Origin: Candidatus Brocadiia bacterium
Lineage (GTDB): Bacteria > Planctomycetota > Brocadiia > CAIUPP01
NCBI GenBank assembly: GCA_050015075.1
Contig: JBEKCB010000003.1
Coordinates: forward strand, 96,001-160,000
Direction: 5' to 3'
Length of the DNA: 64,000 bases
Below, in pieces: positions 26,794-36,358 of the stretch; the stretch's first letter is position 1, and the number at the start of each line of letters is the position of its first letter. Both the position numbers and the translations under genes were made by a program. The notes under the pieces are model-generated. The model was not told where the DNA came from. It saw only the letters and a list, made by a program, of their open reading frames with translations, and did no database searches.

Positions 26794-28538
26794 ATACCAA
26801 CATCCGTCGCGCTCAGCCTGCCGACGCCGGGCGCGCGACGCGGCGGCGGTTCCGTTTGGCGGTGGCGATCGTCGCCGTCACGCTCCTCGCTTACCTGCCT
26901 GTGATGCTGCGCGGCGGGTTCTTCTGGGACGACGACAGCTTCCTCTATGCCAACAAGCTCATCCGCGCGCCTGACGGGCTTCGGCGGCTGTGGTTCACTA
27001 AGGAGCCGACGGATTACTTTCCGCTCACCTCCAGCGTGCTCTGGGTGGAATGGCGGGTCTGGGGGAATGATCCTCGCGGTTACCACGTCGTCAATGTGCT
27101 GCTGCACGCCGCGGCGGCGGTGCTGGCCTGGCGCGTGCTGGTGCGGCTGCGCGTGCCCGGCGCGTGGCTCGCGGGGCTTCTCTTCGCGGTTCACCCGGCG
27201 GCGGCCGCCTCGGTGGCGTGGATCACGGAGCTGAAGAATACCCTGCCGATGGCGCTGTATCTCATGTCGCTCCTCGCCTGGCTGCGGTTTGATGACGGCG
27301 GTTTTCACCACGACGAGACGACGAGCACGACGTACGGCACTCCGCACTATTTACTTTCTCTCGGGCTTTTCCTCCTGGCGCTGCTGGCGAAAACCTCGGT
27401 GGTGATGCTGCCGGCGGTGCTGCTTCTCTGCGCGTGGTGGCGGCGGGGGAGGATTTCGCTGAGGGATTTGGCGCGGAGCCTTCCGTTCTTCGCGCTCTCG
27501 CTGGCGCTGGGGTGCGTGACGGTCTGGTTCCAGCTCCACAAGGCCATCGCGGTCGGGGAAATCGTCCGGCCCGAGGGCTTCTTCTCGCGCGTCGCGGCCG
27601 CTGGATGGATCGCGTGGTTCTATCTCTGCAAGGTCCTGCTGCCGGCGGGGCTGTGCGTGATTTATCCGCGCTGGGACGTCAGCGGATCAAGCGTTCTCGC
27701 GTTCCTGCCGCTCGCGCTGCTCATCGCCGGGCTCGCCTGGCTCTGGACGCGCCGAAAAAGCTGGGGTCGGGCGCCGCTGTTCGCGGCGGCGTATTTCCTC
27801 GTCTCGCTGCTGCCGGTGCTGGGGTTCGTGGACACATCGTTCATGGAGAACTCGCTCGTCGCGGACCATCTTCAATACGTGGCGATGATCGGCGTCATCG
27901 CGTTCGCCGCCGGCATGCTGGCGCGGCTCGCCGGAGCGAAAGGCGCTGGTGCTCCCATGGGCCTGCTTGCTGCGGCCGGGTGCGTGCTGGTGCTCGGCAG
28001 CCTGACCTGGACGCGCGCGGCGCTTTACGGCGACGCCCGCAATATGTGGCGCGACAACGTGACGAAAAATCCCTCGGCGTGGCTGGCATGGAACAACCTC
28101 GGCTGGACCTGCCACTCGGCGGGCGATGACGAGGAGGCGGTGGAGGATTTCAGCCGCGCGATCGCGCTGAAGCCGAATTTCGCGCAGGCGCTGAGCAACC
28201 GCGGCGGCGTGTACGCGATCCTGGGGAAACTCGATCTGGCGATGGACGACTGCAATCGGGCCGTTGCGCTGCTCCCGAAAGTGGCCCGAGTCCGAATCAA
28301 CCGCGGGAATATTTTCTTCCAGACCCATCGTCTCAGCGAGGCGATCGCGGACTATGACGAGGCGATCCGGCTCAACCCGAACTTCGCCGATGCGTACGCG
28401 AACCGGGCGCGAGCCTGGCTGGAATTGAAGGAGTACGACAAGGCCTGGGCGGACGTGAAGATGTTCCGCAGCCTGGGCGGCGCGACGGATCCGGATTTCG
28501 TTCCATCGCTGATCGAGGCCAGCGGGCGCAGCGAGTAG
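26790..28538 (+). CDS. TMTC-like GT-C membrane protein with TPRs, copy 3
   Basis: FFWDD, DYFPLT, YHVVNVLLH, SVAWITELKNTL, ADHLQY; close paralog of copy 2. Confidence 0.85.
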   Translation: MNTNIRRAQPADAGRATRRRFRLAVAIVAVTLLAYLPVMLRGGFFWDDDSFLYANKLIRAPDGLRRLWFTKEPTDYFPLTSSVLWVEWRVWGNDPRGYHVVNVLLHAAAAVLAWRVLVRLRVPGAWLAGLLFAVHPAAAASVAWITELKNTLPMALYLMSLLAWLRFDDGGFHHDETTSTTYGTPHYLLSLGLFLLALLAKTSVVMLPAVLLLCAWWRRGRISLRDLARSLPFFALSLALGCVTVWFQLHKAIAVGEIVRPEGFFSRVAAAGWIAWFYLCKVLLPAGLCVIYPRWDVSGSSVLAFLPLALLIAGLAWLWTRRKSWGRAPLFAAAYFLVSLLPVLGFVDTSFMENSLVADHLQYVAMIGVIAFAAGMLARLAGAKGAGAPMGLLAAAGCVLVLGSLTWTRAALYGDARNMWRDNVTKNPSAWLAWNNLGWTCHSAGDDEEAVEDFSRAIALKPNFAQALSNRGGVYAILGKLDLAMDDCNRAVALLPKVARVRINRGNIFFQTHRLSEAIADYDEAIRLNPNFADAYANRARAWLELKEYDKAWADVKMFRSLGGATDPDFVPSLIEASGRSE

Positions 28539-28715
28539 GCGGGTTTCCGGCAGGTCGGAGCGGGGACGCGACGGCACGCCGCGCGCATTGCAAACGTTGA
28601 CTGCTGAACCAGTTAGAAACCCCTGCTTGACTTCGGCCGCGGAATGGCGATAATGAGGATATCGTAAACTTTATCGCCGATTTTACCGCCGATGCAGCTC
28701 GACAGGAATCTTCGG

Positions 28716-30428
28716 ATGAACACCGACATCGGGGGCAAAGAGAAAGTCTGTCCCCGCACCGGGCATTTCCGGCGGGCGCTCACGTTCGGCGCAATGGCCC
28801 TGGCCTGCGCGTTGCTCGCCGGCTGCACGGGTGAGTACTACCGCAAGTCGGCCGATAACGAGGTGTACAAAATCCTCACGCAGAAACGGAAGAGGGCGCT
28901 CAACGAGGAAACGCCGTTCACGATCCAGCAGCCGTTCGGGGACCCGCTGGCGGGCCTGCCGCAACGGCGGCAGTTCCTGATCCCGCCGAGGGCGGGAGAT
29001 CCGGCATGGTCGGACCCGGCGAACCTGCTGACGATCATCTCGCTCCGCAAAGCGGTCGAGATCGGCATCCAGAACAGCCGCGCCTACCAGAGCCAGAAGG
29101 AAACGCTGTACCTGGCCGCGCTGGCTCTGACGCTCGAGCGGCATCTCTGGTCTCCGGCGTTCACCCAGATGATGTCGGGCAACGTGGCCTCGGCCAACGG
29201 CGAGGAATCGTGGGTCGGCAACAACCAGTTCGGCGCCACGCAACTGCTGGCGACCGGCGCCGACCTGACGTTGAACCTGAGCACGGCGTTCTTCCGGTTC
29301 ATCAGCGGCAACAGCCCGACGCCCCTGGCGCAGTCCGCGCTGACGGGCACGCTGATCCAGCCGCTGTGGCAGGGCGCCGGACAGCAGATCGCGCAGGCGA
29401 ACCTGACGCTGGCGGAGCGCAGCGTGATCTATGCGGTGCGCACCTTCGCGCGGTATCACCGCACGTTCGTCGTCTCGATCGCCACGAGCTACTACTCGGT
29501 GCTCGAGCAGCGCCAGGTGGTGCGCAACGAGTGGAACAACTACCAGACGCTGATCGAGGAGCGCCAGGAGACCGAGATGCTCGCGCAGGCCGGGCGGCTG
29601 CCGGAGTTCCAGGTGGACCAGGCGCGGCAGGATGAGCTGAGCGCGCACGATAGCTGGAACCAGGCCGACGAGCAGTACAAGCTGCTGCTCGACCAGTTGA
29701 AGCTGAGCCTCTCGCTGCCGACGGACGCGCCGGTGGATGTGGATGACGCGGAACTCGCCTCGTTGTCCGAGCGAGGGATCATCCACCCGAACATCTCCGC
29801 CGAGGCGGCCGTGCGCCAGGCGCTGGCGCTCCGGCTCGACCTGATGAACGCGCAGGACGCGGTGGCCGACGCCGCGCTCGAGGTCAAGGTCGCGAACAAC
29901 GGCCTCGCGCCGGTGGTGAACCTGGTGTTCCAGGGCGCGGCCCCCAGCGCCCAGGCGCGCATGGGCCAGTTCAATTTCATGCAGGGGGCTTACAGCGCAG
30001 GGTTCAACGTGGGCCTGCCGCTGGATGAGACGTCGGGACGGAACACGCTGCGCAGCAGCCTCATCTCGCTGGACCAGGCCGAGCGGTCCGCCGCGGACCT
30101 GGCCGACAATATCAAGCTGCAGGTGCGCAGCGACTGGGTCACGATGCAGGAGGCGAAGCAGAGCTACGAGATCCAGCGCAAAAGCGTGGAGCTGGCCGAG
30201 CGGCGCGTGGAGAGCACGATGCTGCTGCTGCAGGCGGGGCGCGCCATCACGCGCGACCTGCTCGATGCGCAGACGTCGTGGCACGACGCGCAGAACGCGC
30301 TGGTGACGGCGCTGGTCAATCACACCAACGCCCGGCTCGCGCTCTGGAGAGACATCGAAACGCTTTCCGTGAACACGGAGGGCGGTCTCGAGGAAAAAGC
30401 CGTTCATGGACAATCCGCCAATGAATAA
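28716..30428 (+). CDS. TolC-family outer-membrane efflux lipoprotein
   Basis: Lipobox LLAGC; QPLWQGAG, ALALRLDL, VELAERRVE, RDLLDAQ. Start at 28692 or 28716. Confidence 0.85.
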   Translation: MNTDIGGKEKVCPRTGHFRRALTFGAMALACALLAGCTGEYYRKSADNEVYKILTQKRKRALNEETPFTIQQPFGDPLAGLPQRRQFLIPPRAGDPAWSDPANLLTIISLRKAVEIGIQNSRAYQSQKETLYLAALALTLERHLWSPAFTQMMSGNVASANGEESWVGNNQFGATQLLATGADLTLNLSTAFFRFISGNSPTPLAQSALTGTLIQPLWQGAGQQIAQANLTLAERSVIYAVRTFARYHRTFVVSIATSYYSVLEQRQVVRNEWNNYQTLIEERQETEMLAQAGRLPEFQVDQARQDELSAHDSWNQADEQYKLLLDQLKLSLSLPTDAPVDVDDAELASLSERGIIHPNISAEAAVRQALALRLDLMNAQDAVADAALEVKVANNGLAPVVNLVFQGAAPSAQARMGQFNFMQGAYSAGFNVGLPLDETSGRNTLRSSLISLDQAERSAADLADNIKLQVRSDWVTMQEAKQSYEIQRKSVELAERRVESTMLLLQAGRAITRDLLDAQTSWHDAQNALVTALVNHTNARLALWRDIETLSVNTEGGLEEKAVHGQSANE

Positions 30429-32496
30429 TGAAACGCTCCCGGCGTCGCCGGCGCTGAGCCAGGCCGCCGGGGCGGCGGTGAAACGCCGGATGCGCTCCGG
30501 GCGCACGCGGCTCTGGATCGGCGGCGCTGCGCTCGCCGCCGCCATCGCCCTTCCGTCCGCGCTGTTCTTGTGCCGGCCCGCGCGCTCCACCACGCGTACG
30601 GCGGCCGCGCCGGACGCCTCCTTCACGGTGCGGAAGATGGACCTCGTCATCCGCACCGTCCTGGACGGCGGCACGCTCGTTTCGCCCGGCTCGCTGGAAA
30701 TCAGGTCCAAGGTCGAAGGGCAGGCGACGATCCTCAGCGTCGTCCCCGAAGGCAGCGTGATCACGCCGGAGGACGTGCAGAACGAGAAGGTGATCATGGA
30801 GCTCGATTCCTCCGCGTTGCGCGAGAAGGCCAACCAGCAGGAGATCGCCGTCGAAGGCTGCTCCGCCGCGTTCACGCAGGCGCGCGACTCGTACGAGATC
30901 CAGAAGAATTTCAACAATAATAATATCAAGGTGGCGGAACTGAAGGCGAAATTCGCGCTGATGGACCTCGAGAAATACCTGGGCACGACGTTGACGCCGC
31001 GAGTGCTCGAGGGCGAAATCACCCCCGCGGCCTTCCACGAGGTCAGCGTCGGGAGCGAAGTGCCCGCCGACGCCCCGAAGCCGCCGGAAGCGAACGGCGC
31101 GCCGAAGCACGGCTGGTCCAGGCTCCAGGACGCGATCCTGCTCATGGTCAGAGTGGTCAACGGCCAGGAGCCGGTCCTGAGTCTCCGTACGCCGAAGGAC
31201 CGGCCGAAGGGACCCGCCCTCAAACTGGAAACGTTGCACCTGGGCGGCACCGCCCGGCAGGACTGGCGCAAGTTCCAAACCGCCATCGAACTGGCCAGCG
31301 AGGACCTTTCCCGCGCGGCCACCACCTACCAATGGAGCAAGCGGCTCGGCCCCAAGGAACTCGGCGGCGCGGGCTACGTCCCGGGGACCGAAGTCCAGGC
31401 CGACTACCTGGCGCTCAAGCGCTGCGAACTCCAGCTCGAGCAGACCAAGCTCGACCTGGACATCTTCCTGCGGTACGAACTGCCGAAGCAGACCGAGCTG
31501 CTCCTTTCGGCTTATCAGCAGACGTGCGAGGACCTCGAGCTCGAACACGCCCGGGTCCGCGCCGACCTGGATAAGGCCGAGGCGCAGGTCAAAGCGGCCG
31601 AGGCCGCTTACCGCCGGGAGAAAGTCCGCCTCGACAAGCTCAACGAACAGATTGCGGACTGCCTGATCTACGCCACGCGCCCCGGTATCGTGGCCTACGC
31701 GCAGCCGCAGCCGAGCGCCGCTCCCACTCCTGCTGCCACGGCCGCTGCCGCCGCCACTACCACTGCCGCTACCGCTCCCGCCGCAACGAGCGCGGACAAG
31801 ATCGCGGAAGGCGCCACCGTGCACGAGCGGCAGGCGCTCCTGACCATCCTCAACGACAGCCCGTTGGCCGTCAACGTCAAGGTCCACAAAGCGTCGGTCA
31901 ACAGGATCCAGCGCGGGCAGACGGCGCGGATTGTCCTCAACGGCGTGCCGAAGCGCGAATGCTCGGGCCGGGTGCAGAAGGTGCTGGTCGTGGCCGACAC
32001 GCTGAACGCCGGGCGGATGCCGGACCCGAAGGACTTCAACGTCATCGTCGCCATGGACGACCCGCCCGCCGATCTGAAGCCGGGCATGTCCGCGCAGGTG
32101 GAGATACTGATCGCGAAGCTGACCGACGTCGTCGCCGCGCCGGTCCAGGCCGTCGCGACCGTGGACGGCCGGCAGGTCTGCTACGTCGCCGGCAAAGGCG
32201 GCGTCGAGCCGCGCGTCGTGAAGACCGGCCTGTCCAACGCCGACTATGTCGAGATCACCGGCGGACTGGAAGCGGGCGAGAAAGTGCTGCTGCACGCTCC
32301 GACCGTCACCGGCGCCACAACCGCGGTGAGTCCCGCGCCGGCGGTGAGTGCCACGCCGGCGGTAAGCGCCACGCCCGCCGTGACCGCCATGGCCGATGAC
32401 GGCGAGGTGAAACGCCCGGCGCCCGCCTCGCTGGAGGCGCAGGCGGCGGCCGAAAGCCCGAAAGCCGCCGCGGCCCCGAAGAATCCGACGCCCTGA
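30406..32496 (+). CDS. Efflux membrane-fusion (periplasmic adaptor) protein with Ala/Thr/Pro-rich low-complexity inserts
   Basis: N-terminal TM, IRSKVEG..TILSVVPEG, long coiled coil, LKPGMSA.VEI, V.TGLSN..YVEI.GGLE.GEKV. Confidence 0.85.
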   Translation: MDNPPMNNETLPASPALSQAAGAAVKRRMRSGRTRLWIGGAALAAAIALPSALFLCRPARSTTRTAAAPDASFTVRKMDLVIRTVLDGGTLVSPGSLEIRSKVEGQATILSVVPEGSVITPEDVQNEKVIMELDSSALREKANQQEIAVEGCSAAFTQARDSYEIQKNFNNNNIKVAELKAKFALMDLEKYLGTTLTPRVLEGEITPAAFHEVSVGSEVPADAPKPPEANGAPKHGWSRLQDAILLMVRVVNGQEPVLSLRTPKDRPKGPALKLETLHLGGTARQDWRKFQTAIELASEDLSRAATTYQWSKRLGPKELGGAGYVPGTEVQADYLALKRCELQLEQTKLDLDIFLRYELPKQTELLLSAYQQTCEDLELEHARVRADLDKAEAQVKAAEAAYRREKVRLDKLNEQIADCLIYATRPGIVAYAQPQPSAAPTPAATAAAAATTTAATAPAATSADKIAEGATVHERQALLTILNDSPLAVNVKVHKASVNRIQRGQTARIVLNGVPKRECSGRVQKVLVVADTLNAGRMPDPKDFNVIVAMDDPPADLKPGMSAQVEILIAKLTDVVAAPVQAVATVDGRQVCYVAGKGGVEPRVVKTGLSNADYVEITGGLEAGEKVLLHAPTVTGATTAVSPAPAVSATPAVSATPAVTAMADDGEVKRPAPASLEAQAAAESPKAAAAPKNPTP

Positions 32497-32596
32497 TGGC
32501 CCGCCGCCGCCAGGTCCCGGCGGGCCGAGCCGCCGATTGGCCGTGCGTCCGGCGCACCGAAGCGCTAAAGGAGACGAGTAAACGGATGCTCGCGGC

Positions 32597-32790
32597 ATGA
32601 AAGTCAGAGAAATGCTGCGGTTGTTGACAAAAGATGGATGGTATCTCGTCGCGACACGCGGCAGCCATCGTCAGTACAAGCATCCCGCGAAGCCCGGCCG
32701 TGTCAGGTCGCCGGAAAACTTTCCGACGACCTTGCCTTGGGCACTCAGCACAGCATCGTGAAACAAGCTCAGTTTAAAGGAGACCGATAG
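32597..32790 (+). pseudogene. hicA: HicA toxin with a 1-nt frameshift
   Basis: MKVREMLRLLTKDGWYLVATRGSHRQYKHPAKPGRV, then a missing base at about 32705-32706, then VAGKLSDDLALGTQHSIVKQAQFKGDR* in the shifted frame. Confidence 0.85.
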
Positions 32791-32996
32791 TGCGTTACGC
32801 GACAGTCATCGAAAAGGCGGCCGGCAATTACTCCGCTTACGTGCCCGATCTGCCCGGCTGCGTGGCGACCGGTCGCACCATTGCCATCGCCGAAAGGGAA
32901 ATCAGGAAGGCGATCCGGTTTCACCTCGAGGGACTCAAGGCGGACGGCCTGCCTGTTCCTGAACCATCCTCGGTCTGCGAATACGTTGACGCATGA
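32790..32996 (+). CDS. hicB: HicB-family antitoxin (short)
   Basis: YSAYVPDLPGCVATG.T...IRKAI.FHLEGL..DG.PVPEP. Confidence 0.9.
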   Translation: MRYATVIEKAAGNYSAYVPDLPGCVATGRTIAIAEREIRKAIRFHLEGLKADGLPVPEPSSVCEYVDA

Positions 32997-33026
32997 GCCG
33001 CCTGAAGCGGCTGCGTCGAGTTCCGC

Positions 33027-33055
33027 TTGACACCCGTCCCGCGCCTCTTTACATT
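33027..33055 (+). promoter_or_regulatory. Putative sigma70 promoter
   Basis: TTGACA-N17-TACATT upstream of 33097. Confidence 0.55.
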
Positions 33056-33096
33056 TCATTTATCCACGTTCCGGATTCCTCGGTTCCGAGAGTGAA

Positions 33097-34095
33097 ATGA
33101 GTGCGTCACGCGTCGCAACCGAACTGGCGCGCCACGCCAGGCGCATCGGCCCGATCCTGCAGGAACTCGTCCCGCGCGACGGCGATGAGTCCGCCTTCCT
33201 CGGCGGGCCGGCCTGGTACCACCTGGAGACCGGCGGCAAACGCATCCGCTCCGCCCTCTGCCTGCTGACCGCCGAGGCGCTCGGCGGCGACTCGGAGAAG
33301 GCGCTCCATTTCGCCGCGGCGGTCGAGCTGCTCCACAACATGCTCCTGGTCCACGACGACATCGAGGACGGCGACACGGTCCGGCGGAACCAGCCGACGG
33401 TCTGGAAGCGGTTCGGTCTGGCGAACGCGATCAACATCGGCGATTACCTGTTCGCGCGCTCGCTGCGCGCGGTGATCCTTTCGCCCGTGCCCGGCGAGGC
33501 GCGCGCGCGGCTGGTGGACCTGTTCCTGGCGACTTACGAACGGACCATCGCCGGGCAGGCGCTCGATATCAATTCCCGCTGCGACGAGCGCTTCACGATC
33601 GAGGACTACCTGCGCATGGTCACGCTGAAGACCGGCCATTACCTGGTGCTCGGCATGGTCGGCGGAGCGATCATCGCCGGCGCGCCGGAGGCGACGCTCG
33701 AGTGCCTGCGCCGGCTCGGCGAAAGCCTCGGCCCGGCGTTCCAGATCCGCGACGACATCCTCGACCTGACTGCCGGCAAGGGGCGCGGCGGCGTGAGCGG
33801 CTCCGACATCCGCGAGGGCAAGGCCAGCATCCTCTACGCGCACGCGCTGGCGCACTCCTCGCCGGCCGAGGCCGAGCGCCTGCTGAAGATCATGCGAAAG
33901 CCGCGCGAGGAGAAAACCGACTCCGACGTCGCCGCGGTCCTCGGCCTGTACGGCCGGTGCGGGTCCATCGCGTTCGCGCAGGAGATGGCCGACCGGCTGA
34001 TCCTCCAGGCCCAGCGCGCGCTCGACGCGCTGCCGGTGGAGCAGCAGTCCCTCTTCCGCGAACTACTCACTTACATCGCCGAAAGGAAAACCTGA
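33097..34095 (+). CDS. Polyprenyl diphosphate synthase (IspA/GGPPS-like)
   Basis: GGKRIR, VELLH...LVHDDIEDGDTVRR, AINIGD, GQALD, KTG, AFQIRDDILD. Confidence 0.93.
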   Translation: MSASRVATELARHARRIGPILQELVPRDGDESAFLGGPAWYHLETGGKRIRSALCLLTAEALGGDSEKALHFAAAVELLHNMLLVHDDIEDGDTVRRNQPTVWKRFGLANAINIGDYLFARSLRAVILSPVPGEARARLVDLFLATYERTIAGQALDINSRCDERFTIEDYLRMVTLKTGHYLVLGMVGGAIIAGAPEATLECLRRLGESLGPAFQIRDDILDLTAGKGRGGVSGSDIREGKASILYAHALAHSSPAEAERLLKIMRKPREEKTDSDVAAVLGLYGRCGSIAFAQEMADRLILQAQRALDALPVEQQSLFRELLTYIAERKT

Positions 34096-35166
34096 ATGAA
34101 AGCGCTCATCGCCGCCGGCGGCAAAGGCACGCGCCTGCGCCCGATCACGCACACGCGCAACAAGCACCTCATCCCGATCGCCAACAAGCCGATCCTTCAC
34201 TACGCGCTCGAATACGTCGCCGCCGCCGGCATCCGCGAGGCGGGCATCATCGTCAACGCCGACAGCAACGAAGTGCAGGAAGCGCTCGGCTCCGGCGAGC
34301 GCTGGGGCCTGAAGATCACGTACATCCCGCAGACGGCGCCGCTCGGCCTGGCGCACTGCGTGAAGATCGGGCAGCCCTTCATCGGCCGCGAGCCGTTCGT
34401 CTTCTACCTCGGCGACAACATGGTCGTCGGCGGCATCGAGCGCTTCCGCGACGAGTTCCTCGCGCGCAAGTCCAACTGCCACCTGGCGCTCGCGCGCGTG
34501 CGCGATCCGGAGCGTTTCGGCGTGCCGGAGATCGCCGGCGACCGCATCGTCTCCATCCAGGAGAAGCCGAAGGCGCCGAAGAGCCAGTTCGCCGTCACGG
34601 GCATCTACTTCTACGACGAGTCGGTTTTCGAGGCGGTCCACAACATCAAGCCGAGCGCGCGCGGCGAGCTGGAGATCAGCGACGCGCACGATTACCTCAT
34701 CAAGCACGGCAAGCGCGTGACGTTCAGCGAGATCACCGGCTGGTGGAAGGACACCGGCCTGCCGGACGACCTGCTCGAGGCGAACCGGCTGGTGCTCGAT
34801 CACGTGGAACCGGCGCAGGAGGAAGGTGTGCGGATCGAGGGCGACTCGCAGGTCGTGGGCCGCGTAGTCCTGCAGCGCGGCGCGCGCATCATCGGGAGCA
34901 ATATCCGCGGCCCGGCCATCATCGGCGAGAACACGGTCATCGAGAACTCGTACATCGGCCCGTACACCTCGATCTACCACGACTGCCGGGTCACCCACAG
35001 CGAGGTGGAATTCAGCATCGTGCTGGCGAACTGCCGCATCGAGAACATCGGCGTGCGCATCGAGGGCAGCCTGCTCGGGTGCGACTCGCAACTGATCCGC
35101 GCCCGCGACAAGCCGCGCACGCACCGCTTCGTCGTCGGCGACCAGGGCATCATCGAGATCGCGTAG
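34096..35166 (+). CDS. rmlA: Glucose-1-phosphate thymidylyltransferase, long form
   Basis: GGKGTRLRPITHT..KHLIPIANKP, PLGLAH, YLGDN, KPSARGELEISDA, WWKDTG, C-terminal left-handed beta-helix. Confidence 0.9.
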   Translation: MKALIAAGGKGTRLRPITHTRNKHLIPIANKPILHYALEYVAAAGIREAGIIVNADSNEVQEALGSGERWGLKITYIPQTAPLGLAHCVKIGQPFIGREPFVFYLGDNMVVGGIERFRDEFLARKSNCHLALARVRDPERFGVPEIAGDRIVSIQEKPKAPKSQFAVTGIYFYDESVFEAVHNIKPSARGELEISDAHDYLIKHGKRVTFSEITGWWKDTGLPDDLLEANRLVLDHVEPAQEEGVRIEGDSQVVGRVVLQRGARIIGSNIRGPAIIGENTVIENSYIGPYTSIYHDCRVTHSEVEFSIVLANCRIENIGVRIEGSLLGCDSQLIRARDKPRTHRFVVGDQGIIEIA

Positions 35167-35261
35167 CAGGCGGGTCGGCTTTGACGAAATGACGAGGCAT
35201 GGCGCGGAGATACTAGGTTATAACTGCGCTGTTCGGATGTTGCCTATCGAGTCACACATCA

Positions 35262-35579
35262 TCAGTCGCCGATAAACTTCACGTAGAGATGAATTTCGTA
35301 GGCACATTGTCGAATAAGCTCGTCGATCTGCTTGAGATGTGCCAACGTTCGGGAGTCGGCCGAGAAGCTCTCAATAAGGAGTGCCCACTCCTTTAGCAAT
35401 TTTTCTGCCTGAATGCGATTGAAGACCGTGTCGCCATACAAGTCAATCGTGCTTGCCCATGGGAATTGCGAAGCTTGATCCTCAGCCAACCTTAGGGCCT
35501 GACTTAGCGCACTCTTTGGGTCCAGGACCATTGCAATCTGGCCGCCGTCCTCGTTCTGTAGCGCAACATTAACACCCAT
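35262..35579 (-). CDS. Hypothetical protein (lower GC, accessory)
   Basis: 105-aa ORF with IDLYGDTVFN and HLYVKFIGD; composition differs from flanking genes. Confidence 0.65.
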   Translation of the reverse strand: MGVNVALQNEDGGQIAMVLDPKSALSQALRLAEDQASQFPWASTIDLYGDTVFNRIQAEKLLKEWALLIESFSADSRTLAHLKQIDELIRQCAYEIHLYVKFIGD

Positions 35580-35594
35580 TTGGGGAGGCCTTTC

Positions 35595-35741
35595 TCATAT
35601 CGTCATCGGCATCACCCGCGCCGTCGCCAGGCGGCGCGCTTTTTCAACCGTCCTTCCCTGGCTCGCGACATCCAACTCCGGACAGCGCGCCACGCAGCCT
35701 TCGCGTTCGCGCTCAAGCATCATCGTGAAATGCCTATGCAG
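35595..35741 (-). pseudogene. Degenerate hicB fragment
   Basis: Translates to LHRHFTMMLEREREGCVARCPELDVASQGRTVEKARR, homologous to 36572-36793 (MHKQLTAIMEREGDGYVALCPELDVASQGGTIEEAR); the start codon and C-terminus are lost. Confidence 0.75.
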
Positions 35742-35744
35742 GAG

Positions 35745-35963
35745 TTAGAGGGCCTCCCACTCGCTTCTTGACAGACGCGCTTGACGGAGAATGCGCGCTA
35801 GGAGTTCCCTGCCGATATCTTTCTGATGCGGGTTCGGAATGGTCAGAGCCAGGCCGCTTTTGAGCATGAAGGCGTGTCTGCCGCCCGCGTAGGGGCCGTC
35901 GAAGCCCGCTTTGCGCAAGCAGCGAACCAGGTCGCGCCGCGAGATGGGGCCGAACTGCGGCAT
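35745..35963 (-). CDS. hicA: HicA-family toxin
   Basis: ISRRDLVRCLRKAGF.GP..GGRHAFM.K....LTIPNPH..DIG..LL.RILRQA. Confidence 0.9.
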   Translation of the reverse strand: MPQFGPISRRDLVRCLRKAGFDGPYAGGRHAFMLKSGLALTIPNPHQKDIGRELLARILRQARLSRSEWEAL

Positions 35964-36211
35964 CAGGCCGCCTTTTCCTTCTTCACCCTCAAGCCGATCC
36001 CGTCAATCTTCGGCAGCGGCAGGTGCCTGTGAATTCTGAAAAGCAGCCAGTCCTCGAGCACTTCGGCCAGCGCGGCGCGGCAATCTTCCAACGTCCGGGC
36101 GTTGGCGTACACGCCGCGGCATTTCGAGATTTCGCCGTAGTAACTCCCGTCATCGGTAAGTATCTCGTATCGCGCGTTTCGCATCGCAGCTTCAAGGTAT
36201 TTGCTGAGCAT
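35963..36211 (-). CDS. hicB: HicB-family antitoxin
   Basis: ARYEIL.DDGSYYGEI..CRGVYANA.TLE.CR..L.EVLEDW; overlaps the hicA start. Confidence 0.9.
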   Translation of the reverse strand: MLSKYLEAAMRNARYEILTDDGSYYGEISKCRGVYANARTLEDCRAALAEVLEDWLLFRIHRHLPLPKIDGIGLRVKKEKAA

Positions 36212-36249
36212 CGGCGGGCTCCATTTCCCTCTATTTACCTTTAGCGGCG

Positions 36250-36278
36250 ATTGTAAGTCTCCTCGTGGCGAGTGTCAA
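36250..36278 (-). promoter_or_regulatory. Sigma70 promoter of hicBA module A
   Basis: TTGACA-N17-TACAAT on the minus strand. Confidence 0.75.
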
Positions 36279-36310
36279 GCTGCGGGGTTCGGGTGCGTGA
36301 GTTGTGTTCG

Positions 36311-36358
36311 CTACTCGATGCTTTCCACGAGTTCCTTCGGGACGCCGATGTCCACGAC
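36311..36358 (-). repeat. 48-bp direct repeat of the nnrE 3' end
   Basis: 46/48 identical to 36894-36941; encodes VVDIGVPKELVESIE*. Confidence 0.9.
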
